64,000 nt of DNA from Azolla caroliniana (lineage: Eukaryota; Plantae; Polypodiophyta). The notes under the pieces were generated by a model. It was not told the DNA's origin and did not search any database. It saw only the letters and a list, made by a program, of their open reading frames with translations. Position numbers and translations under genes: made by a program. The stretch covers positions 16,182,001 through 16,246,000 of the forward strand of contig JBHGNT010000015.1 in NCBI GenBank assembly GCA_043228905.1, written 5' to 3'. Below, piece after piece: positions 1-11,879 of this stretch. Numbering within the stretch: position 1 is the first letter of the stretch; the number at the start of each line of letters is the position of its first letter.

Positions 1-1330
1 TTGAAAGCAGTTCTCAGTTGCTCTTTGAAGCACCTCTTCTGTGAGTTTAGATGATCCTGTAAGTGAAGTATCTAGAAATTGATTACAATGATTTAGTGAA
101 CAATTATACGCCAACGATGCTAGTGATAATGTGGGATATCTTGACCCTCTCAAAAAGGTAGAAACCTCTGCATGTGTATCTAGTCATTCTTGCATAACAT
201 GTATGTGACTCTAATCCCGGCCAAGATATAACCATTGAAATCATTTGAAATTGTTAAAAAAGAAATTGTCAAATTCAATACATCTCTATCCTTGATAGCT
301 TGCCTAAACATTTCCAAGCTAGAATTCCGTGTTATAACAACATCAAGCATTGGGGGTTCCCTTTCACGATGTTCAACCATCCTAACATACTTCCTAAACA
401 CTTCCCTTCGAACCTTGCTAGATCTAATAGTATAAGGCATTGTTCTGAACTTTCCTATTGAGGGTGAGATAACCTCTACTGTTGACTTGATGCTCAACTG
501 AAATGTGTGCACCATACACCTTAACATATGTTATGGAGCCAAAATTTCCTTACCATGTTCATTTTGTAACAACATTCTCAACTCCTTTGCATCCGCTTGT
601 GCATCACTAGCTCCATAAAAATTTGTAGCAGCTAATAATTGACTAGGAATATAAAAAATCAAAGTTGCTGAAAGAGAGCATGCACACAACGTTTCCTCGA
701 TCCAAGACCTGGAAATACATGCACAAAATCCAATAGCATTGACCTTAACCATCAAAGTTGTCTCATGACATGCCCAATGAAGTGTCACTCACTAGAAGCC
801 CTTTAGACTACTATTTGACCAACCATCAAAAGTTATGGAAAATCTTGATTGGCATTTAGATAGCAAATCTATCACTTGATGGCACAACACCACATACATT
901 TCTAAGATGGAACGTTTAATTGAGGGTCTTGTCTTTACTTGATATCAAGGTACAATTTGTTGTATGAAATCCTTAAATTTAGGCGATTCCACATGTGCAT
1001 GGGGTAATGTTCCCTTCACAATATACTTTGTGATGACACCATCAAATTTCTTCTCTAAAACACAAGATACTCTAACAATCTCAATAGAAGATTGAATGGG
1101 TTGTGATACACCCAAATTTGGGTTTTGAATCGCATGTTAAATGATGCTTTTTTGTTAAATGCTTTGCTATAGTACTTGTGGATGTTGTTGAAGAACAACA
1201 AACATGACAATGATGACGTCTTCGTCGAGGTGTGCCATTATCCATTTAAAATATGATGTGAGCATTTGTCCATGATGTGCATTGCCTTTTTTTTATATGT
1301 TTGTTGGCCCATGGCTAACATTAATTGAAG
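1..1330 (-). mobile_element. Degenerate hAT-superfamily DNA transposase (truncated at window edge)
   Basis: Minus-strand fragments with hAT motifs: BED-finger end STSTIAKHLTKKH (~1141-1190), FSITFDGWS (~815-845), LRCMVHTFQL (CxxH) and LDVVITRNSSLEM (LDVxTRWNS-like). Stops and frameshifts present. Right boundary approximate. Confidence 0.8.
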
Positions 1331-3027
1331 ATGAGTCCATTGTTACATGAGTTTGAGATGATGATTCCGTTTAATGTTGTTACTATAGAACTCAATTAGC
1401 TCATATCAATCACTTTATGAAGATAATCACTTAAGTTTTATGACATGTTCACAATCCATAATTCTATCTATTTACCTGTACATATATGTACATGCATCAC
1501 TGGCATCTAGCAACATTGGCTATGCACTAAGAGTATGATTTTGTCATGATGCATTGGTGACATTTTCAAGCAATTGTCATAAGGTGTATGCCCACACATG
1601 ATTGGAGGCCATAGGGTATCATCCACCATGCAATTAGATGCAAGATATTGCGCAACCATGTGCGTACTAGTGTGCACATACTTTTTCACCATATGCCCTT
1701 GCAATTTCATCACTTCAGTGAGCACCCTTGGTGAATCCTCAAAGTATTGAGAACAGAGATTTATTGTGTATTTGCTCCCAAAAAACATAAAGAGTAGAGA
1801 AAAGGTAGACATATTGGCCATAATCTCACTCAAATAACACATATAGTTACTCTGTGGGGGATTGCTCTAGGATATTTGGGGAAATTAAGAACTTACAACC
1901 ATATTTTGAGTTGAAATGTGACCTAAATATACATACTACATTGATTACATGAATTTCTTTAGAAACTTTACCCATCCATACTAGTGTTGAAGAAGTTTTG
2001 TGCTTCCTAGAATTTCTCCATGTGAAAGGTTTAACACATTATTTTGGGTGATTTTGAGCATAATACCAATACAAAGTTCCTTTACTTTCATTCCATGGAG
2101 AAAATAACAAGAAATTGTGATAAAATAATGCAAATTCTAGGGAATCTAGTGAATCTTTATATAATTATTTTGTTTTATGTCGTTTTGGAAATGTTTCTTT
2201 ACTACCTGCTCAAGTTTCTTTTCACAAATGATGTAATAGGAAATCATGAGAAAAAACCAAAAATTTAAGAACAAATAGGGATCCATGAGAAACTACTATA
2301 ACATGATTTATATGGATGTTCTAATATATTATAGAGTACGGTGAATTTGGTCTTTTCAAGGTTGCTCCATCTGACATACTCAAAAGCTTTCTTGACTTGC
2401 ATTCTAATGAATGTTAGGGACCATTTTCCCAAACACTTACACATACGTGGCCACACATTACAAATCTCCTAGCCCACGTGATTACAAAGTTGCCTGACAC
2501 TTGTAGCCTAAGTATGAATATGATGTGACTATGGAGACAAATAGTTCAACCTCAAAAAGTGACATTCAACTCTTTGTATGCATAGACACAAACTTCTTAT
2601 GCTAGGAGGATTGTGGGAATACATACAAAGAGTTGAATGTGATACTATGAGCCCTAGCCTACTAGAGAGTGAAGGCATCCCAATCTCTTTCACCTGATTT
2701 ATTGATGTGATTCTAGGACAAAGCCTTTTGTATGGACTAACCAATCTTTCTATTATATACTATCTGAACATATACAACTATTCTAAAGTTTTTTCATGCA
2801 AAAGATAGGCCTAATGTTTATTATATGTAAATACATAGGTTAAAAAAATGATGTGCATGGCAACATAGGTTTGATGTCATGATTTTTTATTTATAAAACC
2901 CCCTAGCAAATTCTATTTACCTCCTTTTTAACGTGCCTCTTGTCTATTGCTATCATCCCCTTAAAATACAAGCATGCACATTTTCATATCTCCATTTGAA
3001 ACCATGGGTTTTACTAAAAAATGGTGC

Positions 3028-3423
3028 TGTCACGGACAAGTAGACGAGGCTCAATACTAAGAGAGTGAGAGAGAGATCATAGGCAAGATAATAAGAAAGA
3101 GAGAGAGAAAGTAGTCAAGAGAACAAGAACTCAATTATGATTCCGTAATTGGTGTTGTTCACCTTGACCAAGGCCAAGGTGAACCCCTGTATTTATACCT
3201 GTTTATGGGTTCTAAATGTAGCCCCATGCAAAGACTCATTTTCATATACAAGCTTCTAGAATGTTCTAGCTTCTCTAGAGCTTTTTGGAAGCTTCTAAAA
3301 TCCTACATGTAGAATAGATAATCTACAATAATCTAGTAAGGTAACATGATTATGTATTGGATGTATTGGTTAAAACATATCGATTAAATACAGTAGGTCA
3401 AGAATTCTCATTGTGCCATGATA
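3028..3423 (-). repeat. 3' LTR of element A (U3 tip degraded)
   Basis: Starts tgtcacggacaagtagacgagg, as does the copy at 16234. The right end and PPT are rearranged, so the end coordinate is approximate. Confidence 0.8.
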
Positions 3424-5625
3424 GCTAAGGCCGACTCCGAAGATGCCCCCCTAATTTTTGTGGATATTGGTGATGAAATGCATGAACAACATCCGGTGCA
3501 TTCTCCAAGTGTTGGGTTGGTTCCCAAGTTGCCATTGAAATGGGATACCCTTTCCATAGGACTAAGTATTGAAGTTGTCGTCGATGCCAACGAGAGTCCA
3601 GAATCTTGTCCACCTCATACTCCTCACTTGTGGAAAGCTCAATTGGAGGTGGAGGTGGAGAGTGTCTTCAAGGAATAGTGGATGGATGATAAGGTTCGAG
3701 AAGAGAGGCATGGAAGACATTATGAATCTGGAAATGTGGAAGAAGTTTTGGCCGGAAAGTGTGATGGGATTGACACACTCAATGATGGGGAAAGGCCCCA
3801 ACTTCTTGTAATCCAACTTTCCGCAAGGTCGAGTAGTATCAACATGGCGACGTAAGAGCCAAACTTGATCACCAACTGCAAAGGCGGGTGTAGCGGAACG
3901 ATGTCATTTAGCTTGCACTTTATATCGGTCCCTGGCAAGGATGAGTTCAAGGGAGAGGTCTTGATGAATGTCGGCTAAAATACGAGCACGTCCTTCCGCT
4001 AACGGGTTGACAGAGTTGCCAGGGATGGACATACTGAAGCGAGGATGGAAACCATAGTTGGCAAAAAATGGGGTGACCCTAGTTGAACCATGTACCATAT
4101 TATTATATGTGAACTCTGCCAAGGGTAGGAGGTCAATCCAATCATCTTGCTGGTAGCTAAGGGAGCATCGAAGGTATTGCTCAAGAATTTGGTTCACCCG
4201 ATTTGTTTGGCCATCCGTTTGAGGATGATAGGACGAAGACAAATTCATTGTTGTGCCCAATGTTTGAAGGAGCTACCGCAAAAAACAAGAGACAAATTGG
4301 GGTCCGCGATCTGAGGTGACATCATCTGGGACCCCATGAAGCCACACCACATTCTTTAAAAATAGATCGGTTGTTGCTTCTACTGAAATAGTCTTTGCAC
4401 AAGGGGCAAAATGAGCCATCTTTGTAAACCGATCTACCATGACAAGCACTGTGTCATATCCGTGGTCGAGAGGCAATTGATGCCCAAGGCCGGTTGGGAA
4501 TGGGAAGTGGTTGGAGCAACCCATATGGCCTATGGTGGACGACTTTGGATCTAGCACAAGTATTACATGTCTTGATGAATTCCTTGACGAACTTCCATGG
4601 TTGAGGCCACCAATATCCTCGTGAGATTAATTCGAGTGTCTTTATAACGCCAAAATGACCAGCCAAGGGGTCATCATGACACTTTTGGAGAACTTGAGTT
4701 TGACATCAGCCCTCCGGAACATATAAGAGTTGGTCTCGGTAAAGAAATCCACCCTCGAATATGAAGTGGTCAAGGTCTTCCTTGGTCTTGGATTTAGACA
4801 GATCAATAAGACCTTCCTGAATTGCGTTGGCGAATTTGTCGATGGGAAGTGCTTTGGCTATCTCCTCAAGCAAAGAGTCGCGATGGAGCATGCATGTGGT
4901 GAAGAGCTGGAATTGATTTGGTTTAAGCAAACATTGAGATTGTTGAGCATAGGCATCATCCCTTGGGCTCAACTCAAAATCCCACCGTCGTGAAAGAGAA
5001 TCAGCCTTCATGTTTTTTGTCCCCGGCCGAAAGACAATTTCAAAGTCATAGTCGGCTAAGAAAGTTGACCACCGGGCCTGTCGCCGATCCAAAGTATGGG
5101 TTGTTGAGAAATACAATAAATTTTTAAGATCAGTTAATACCTGAATCCGATGATGCGCCCTAGCCAAGTAAGGTCTCCACTCTATGAAAACTGCCACTAT
5201 AGCTGCGAGCTCCTTGTCGTAGATGGCATAGTTGATTTCTGGAGCTGTGAATTTTCGGGAGTAGTACGCCACTATGTTGAGATACAAGCTCAACATTGGG
5301 TGCATAAACCGGTGCATAGATTGGGTGCGCAACGAGAGGCCGTAGCAGTGCGTAAACCGGTAGGCCGTTGGATAGATATTCCAGAAAGGAATATATTTTG
5401 GGAGTTAGTGTAGAGGTTCATTGAAGTATGTGTCAGTACTTCTGTCAATCCGTACTTCTGTCAATCCGTATGGACTTGTATAAAAGTGCTCTCTGAGCAC
5501 ATTCTATGTACAGAGTTTTAGAGTATTGTTTTGGAATAAAGTTTTTGTGTTCTGCTCTCTTGCGTACACTATGTTGATTAAGCTTTCAATTAAACCTTCT
5601 TTGTTTTCTTTCTGTTGTTACCCGG

Positions 5626-7718
5626 TGTCATAGACATATGCCATAGAAGAAGGTAGGGATTGAACCCAAGACCTCATGATCTCTATTGGGCAACCCTACC
5701 AATTAAGCTACCTATGCACCCTTGTACCAAAAGTCTAACTTCATGTAGTGTAGATTGAATATTGGAAGTTTCTAGCTTGTACACATCCTCATGCATTCTC
5801 CATTGCATGCATCCTCATGCATGCTCTATTTCTAGGTGACTTACATAGCCCCACCTTCTTGTATAAATACGCAAGTGCACCTTGATTCTAATCAAGGTGA
5901 ACAACACCAGTTACGGATTCTATAAGTTGAGTTCTTGTTCTTTTCCTCTCTCTTGTGTTCTAGTCTTGTCTTGTCTTTGCTCTATTATACTTGTCCGTGA
6001 CAATTTGTTCACCTTCCTCTTCTTGCTACCATGTCCGGCTCCATCAACAAACTAAACCAAATCATGACAGCCTTGCAACAACTTCAGCTAGAGAATGAAA
6101 TCCTTCGGGAATCATTGTGAGAGTTGCAATCCGGCACTTCAAGAAATCCACCACCCACCGAGTTACAACCACTGTCGGCACCGACCACGTCCTCTTCCCA
6201 TCCATATGTCCTTGAACCAACATCAGCCTATCAGACAAATTCAATGACACGAGGGTGTATCTTCACGGCTTCATCAACCAAATTCGGCTTATCATCCAGT
6301 TACAACCGCAACGGTATGCTAGTGACTTTTCTCGGGTTGGGCTTGTCGGCACGCTTCTCTTCGAGCTGGCGCAAGTGTGGTGTGCACCCTTGATCGAGAT
6401 GTCATCCCCTTTCTTAGAAAACTTCACCGCTTTCATTGAGGAGTTCAAAGCGACATTTGGCGAGATCGATCAGATTGCATGCGATGTCAATTGGGATGAG
6501 CAAGCCCTATGCGACCATTTCCATCGCAACCTCCGAAATGACATCAACACCCTTCTCTTAAACTTCATAGAGCCCACATTTTTGTCTCAAGTAATCTCCC
6601 AAGCTGTCTAGTGTGACAATTGTCTCTTCGAACTTCGTCAAGAAGAACGGGGGACTCGCGGGTCTCAGGCTTCTTCCCGAAACGCATCAATCGCTAGAAC
6701 CTACTTGTCTCCCAGGCCAAACTTACCATCACCCAACGATACCCATACCACAACGGAGATCGATTTCCATACCCCAATGAAGATCGACCACGCTCGGTTC
6801 CAACCACTAACTAAAGCCCAACACCAACATCGCCAGGACAATGGACTCTGTCTCTATTGTGGCAACCCCGACCATGTCATCTGCCATTGCCCAGTGTGGG
6901 GCCCGCGACACCAATTCCATCTTGCACGTCTTGCGGAGGTTCCTCGACAACAGAAAAACAACCAAGTTCGGCTGCAATAGGAGCCATGCCTTTGGACGCT
7001 TCCCGTTACTCACCTTCTCCATGCTTCTACAAGTCCGTTCTGCCATTAGGAGGGTTTTCTTTGCAAGTAAGTATTTGTTTTGGTTCAACTTCAATAAATT
7101 CTCATGCCTTGCTCGATACCGGAGCATCTACTTGCTTTATCGATAAATCATTTGTCTGTGCACATAATATCCCCACCGTCTGCACATCACAACCCATATC
7201 CGTTGAAGCGATCAACGTTAGCTTCTTTCTTCTGGGCCGGTTACCTAAGCCATTATCCTGTTGGTAGTTCAAGTTGGGGCGCACCAGGAAGAACTCATGT
7301 TCTACCTCATCACAACCCCCCGACATCCGATTGTGTTAGGGCTATCTTGGTTGGAGACACAATCCGACAATGGATTGGTTTAACCGCTCCATTACTTTTC
7401 CAGTAAGGCCAATTCTTGCTAGGTCACGACACTCTCTTGATTCTGTTGCGGTCGAGTCCGGTTTCGTCGCTACACTGACCGTTGTGTCGGGGGAAGTCAC
7501 TGTTCCTGTCAACAATTTACCCATATGATATAGTGACTTTTCTGACATCTTCGAAATGCAGAATGTCGATCGGTTACCTACTCATCGCCCTTATGATTGC
7601 CCAATTGAACTCCAAGCTGGCGAGCATCCCCCATTCGGTCCTATCTATGGGTTATCTGAACCTGAACTTGAAGCTCTCCACACATATCTGGCTGAGAATC
7701 TCGCGAAGGGGTTCATTC
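5626..7718 (+). mobile_element. Gypsy chromovirus-type element B, 5' half (LTR-gag-PR-start of RT)
   Basis: LTR 5626-6002 (tgtca...tgaca), PBS 6005-6015, degenerate gag with CLYCGNPDHVICHC knuckle, protease ALLDTGAS, pre-RT HRPYDCPIEL. Ends at ...KGFI. Confidence 0.88.
5656..5710 (-). promoter_or_regulatory. tRNA-like RNA polymerase III internal promoter (A box + B box) in U3 of LTR B, antisense to the element
   Basis: A box TAGCTTAATTGG (5710-5699), AGGTC variable-loop remnant, B box GGTTCAATCCC (5666-5656). T8-T54 distance is 46 nt, as in tRNA genes. Activity untested. Confidence 0.7.
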
Positions 7719-10215
7719 TATCACGGACAAGTATAATAGAGCAAGGAGAAGACAAGACTAGAACACAAGAGAGAGGAAAAGAACAAGAACTCAACTTATA
7801 GAATCCATAATTGGTGTTGGTCACCTGAACAAGAACCTGAGTATTTATACAAGAAGGTAGGGCTATGTAAGCCAGCTAGAAATAGAGTATGCATGAGGAT
7901 GCACGCAATGGAGAATGCATGAGAATGTGTGCAAACTAGAAACTTTCATTGTTCAATCTACACTATATGATGTTAGATTTGGTACAAGGATGCATAGGTA
8001 GTTCAATTGGTAGGGTTGCCCAATAGAGACCATAAGGTCTTAGGTTCAATCCTTACCTTCCTTCGTGGCATATGTCTATGACATTATCCTCCCTCTAAGG
8101 CCGCCTTTTAACACCCGCGATTGGTTTATGAGGGTATCGTTGACGAAAATCGCAAATTGCCTCCGACACATTTTGTAAATGTGTATCGTTGAGAAGGATG
8201 GTAGGGTTCGAGGAGAGAGACGTGGAAAACATTGTGAAGCCGAAATCTGGGGGGAAGCGCTAACCGGAAGGCAACTAGGTTAACGCGCTCAAGGATATGG
8301 AAGGGGCCTAGCTTTCTGTAGTCGAGCTTCGCGCAGAGACGGGTGGTTGCGATGTGGCGACGTAGCAACCAAACCATGTGACCGATTGCGAAGGTCAGAG
8401 CGACCAAGCAATGTCGATCATCGTGAGCTTTATATTGTTTTCCAGCGGCACGAAGCTTGAGGGATAGGTCATGATGGACATCTTGTAAGGTGTGGGCACG
8501 CCTCTCGGCCGATGGATTGACGGAAGTCTCCGGAATGGAAATGCTGAAATGAGGGTGGAAACCGTAGTTTGCAAAGAATGGGGAAACCTTAGTTGAGGCA
8601 TGGATACTATTATTGTAGGAAAATTCCGCCATGGCAAGGAAGTCCACCCAATCATCTTGTTGGTAGCTGACAATACACTAGAGGTATTGTTCGAGGATTT
8701 GGTTGACTCTTTCGGTTTGGCTATCAGTTTGAGGGTGGTGCGCGGTTGACAAGTTCACAGAAGTTCTGAATGTCGGTAGAAGTCGGCGCCAGAAGTGGGA
8801 GATAAATTGAGGACCTCAATCAGAAGTGACGTCCTCATGGAAGCCGTGTAATCGGACGACATTTTTCATAAAAAGGTCAGTCGTCTCCCCCCCCGAAATG
8901 GTTTTCGCACATGGAACAAAGTGAGCCATCTTTGAAAACCGATCGATGACCACTAGCACCGTGTCATGGTCACCGACCTGAGGAAGGTCGGTGATAAAGT
9001 CCATGGAGAGAGATGCCCAAGGTCGACTGGGAATTAGAAGTGGGTGTACAAGGCCGTATGGATGACGGTGAGACGCTTTGGAGCGAGCACATGCGTCACA
9101 AGTTTTGATAAATTCTTTGACCAATTTCCAAGGTTCGGGCCACCAAACCCCCTGAGACAGCAACACCAACGTTTTCGCGACCCCAAAGTGTCCGACAAGA
9201 GGATCATCGTGGCAAGTTTGTAGTACTCGGATGCGACATGTGCCATCTAGTACGTAAAGGAGGTGATTACGATAGAGTAGCCCATCCTGAGTAGTAAAGT
9301 GACTGAGATCTGAGCTTTGCATTTCTTGGGATGGGTTGTTGAGGCATGCCATGATGTCAATAGCGAAAGGGTCCGACATGGTTGCTTGGGCGATCTCGTT
9401 GAACAAGGAATCATCATGCAACATATAGGTTGTGAACATGTGGAGTTGATCAGGCCACAATAAACAATGCGATTTCTAAAAATAGACGTCGTCACCTGGG
9501 CGTAGTGCAAAGTTGGGTCGCCGAGAGAGAGCATCCGCTTTCCTATGTTGAACGTTGGGTCGAAACAAGATTTTGAAGTTGTAGTCGGCAAGAAAAGATG
9601 ACCAGCGAGCCTACCGCCAATTCAATGTACGAGTGGTGGTGAAGTAGATGAGATTCTTGTGGTCGGTCAACACCTGAATACAATGTTGGGCTCCATCCAG
9701 ATAGGGTCGCCATTCAGCGAAGGCCGAGATGATTGTTGCAAGCTCCTTGTCGTAGATCAGATAATTGATTTCCAGGGCTGTAAACTTCCGAGAGTAGAAA
9801 GCAACCGGATGTAGGTTGCCATCTTCGTCGGGTTGAGACAAGACCACACCTATGGCAAAGTTGGAGGCGTCGGTTCAACCTGGAAAGGGCGGGTGGGGTT
9901 GGGGTGGACTAACACGGGGGCGGAGAGAAAAGCTACTTTGAGGGCATTAAAAGCATTGTGTGTTGTGGGGTTCGAAAGAAATGGAGTATCTTTTCAGGTA
10001 AGCTGGATGAGAGGTTGGAGTAGGGAAGAGAACCCGTCTATAATCATCTATAAAAATTTGCAAAACCAAGAAATGATTGTACCTCTTTCAGCCGATTCGG
10101 GAGAGGCCAATCAATGATTGCCGCTACCTTGCGTTCATCCATTTTGATCCCGGTAGGGGAGATCATGTAACCCAGGAATTCGACAAAGGTCCTATCGAAT
10201 TCGCATTTCTCTGAA
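7719..10215 (-). mobile_element. Gypsy element C, 3' half (RT end-RNase H-integrase-PPT-LTR), same family as B, opposite orientation
   Basis: LTR 7719-8083 is a reverse-complement homolog of LTR B. PPT (gagggaggataa) is adjacent. Integrase 8126-9460 (HHCC, SMDFITDLP), RNase H 9611-9847, RT tail 10044-10215. Chromodomain deleted. Confidence 0.88.
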
Positions 10216-10545
10216 TTGGACTCCTCATTGTTCATCCGGCGAGGTCGACGTGGACTGGTTAGTATTTTACTCTATGTTGATGATTTAGTCATCGCCGACG
10301 CCGACCTAGAAGAAATCGGCTGCGTAAAGTCCCAGCTCTCTGCATCGTTCGACATGAAGGACCTAGGGGACCTTCATTACTCCCTAGGGATCGAAGTAAT
10401 CCACACCCCCAAAGGCATACTGATCAGCCAATGACATTATGTGTTGAGTATGCTCTTCAACTTCGAGATGGTCGACTGTAAGTCCATCTCAACTCCTTTG
10501 GACAAAAACGTCAAGCTTCGCCGAAATTCGGGAAAGGCGTGCAAT

Positions 10546-11879
10546 TGTCAAGATTCGAACTGTTGACATAACCATGTTATAATCGAGTATTATGTGTTAA
10601 CCACACATCTAGAATATAATCATGTATATACTTCCTCATTGTAGGTTTTAGCTAGCATCATGTGCATAATTTCTCCCTTGTATTATTAACACTTGGCACA
10701 TGCATGCGTACCTACTGCTTACATGCTCTATTGTATCACATGCGTGCACCAGGTATGCATGCCACTTAGTATAAATAGTTGAGTTCACCATGCGGCCCTC
10801 ACCAGGAACTCGAACACGAACACGAACGTGTGTGAGCGACCATGTGGCCCTCACCGGGAACTTGAACACGATTGGGCGTGAGCGACCATGCGGCCCTCAC
10901 TGGGAACTAGAACACGAACACCAACAGGAGTGAGCGGCCTTGCGTGGACCTCACCGGGAACTGGAACACGAACACCAACGGGAGTGAGTGGCCTTGTGCG
11001 GCCCTCACCGGAAACTGGAACACGAACACCAACGGGAGTGAGCGGCCTTGTGCAGACTGGAACACGAACGGGAGTGAGCGACCATGCGGCCCTCACCAAG
11101 AACAGGAACACGAACGGGCGTGAGCGACCATGCGGCCCTCACTGGGAACTCGAACACGAACACCAATGGGAGTGAGCGGCCTTGTGCGAACCTCACCAGG
11201 AACTGGAACACAAACACCAACGAGAGTGAGTGGCCTTGTGCGAACCTCACCAGGAACTGGAACACGAACACCAACAAGAGTGAGCGGCCTTGTGCGGCCC
11301 TCACCGGGAACTAGAACATGAACACAAACGGGAAAGAAACTAAAAAATAGAGACAATGAAGCGATGTTGATGATGGTACGGTGACGATGGTAACTCTAGA
11401 AGCAAGGGCGATGACGAAGACGGGTGATGCTTCTAGTTGGAAGGTGAACAAACTGTCACGGACACACCAAGTGCAAACTAAGACGAAGCACAAATGACGA
11501 GGCTACGACGGAGCGATGACGGAATGACACAAGAGCATAAAGATAGAGATGAAGATTAAGGAGAGAAGATGGGCGAAACGAGAATACTAGATTGATATGT
11601 CCATGACTAGCGTTGTTCACCTTGAATTCCTTCAAGGTGAACTCAACTATTTATACTAAGTAGCATGCATACCTGGTGCACGCATGTGATACAATAGAGC
11701 ATGTAAGCAGTAGGTACGCATGCATGTGCCAAGTGTTAATAATACAAGGGAGAAATTATGCACATGATGCTAGCTAAAACCTACAATGAGGAAGTATATA
11801 CATGATTATATGCTAGATGTGTGGTTAACACATAACACTCGATTATAACATGGTTATGTCAATAGTTCGAATCTTGACA
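10546..11879. mobile_element. Non-coding LTR-derived fold-back element F (two U3 ends in inverted orientation)
   Basis: 10546-10789 is the reverse complement of 11636-11879, with 4 differences by eye. A full minus-strand LTR spans 11454-11879 with PBS at 11441-11451. Host Copia RT reads GKAC|DPTRF across the insertion. Confidence 0.85.
10790..11332. repeat. GC-rich minisatellite (about 54-bp unit with shorter variants) in the leader of element F
   Basis: Unit gagtgagcggccttgtgcggccctcaccgggaactggaacacgaacaccaacgg, roughly 10-11 copies. It explains the overlapping repetitive ORFs on both strands. Confidence 0.9.

Noticed and set aside
5650-5717. Bona fide tRNA genes in the LTRs
   Set aside because: D- and T-arm boxes are present, but acceptor and anticodon stems do not pair. 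Reported as tRNA-like promoter units instead.
5626-10215. B+C as a single autointegrated or inverted element
   Set aside because: The LTRs are noticeably diverged, part of RT is missing and the host Copia is also deleted. Two insertions plus one deletion fits better, though this is not proven.
10790-11332. CRISPR-like array or repetitive protein gene
   Set aside because: Head-to-tail minisatellite with no unique spacers, in a eukaryotic context. The ORFs arise from a stop-free 54-bp unit.
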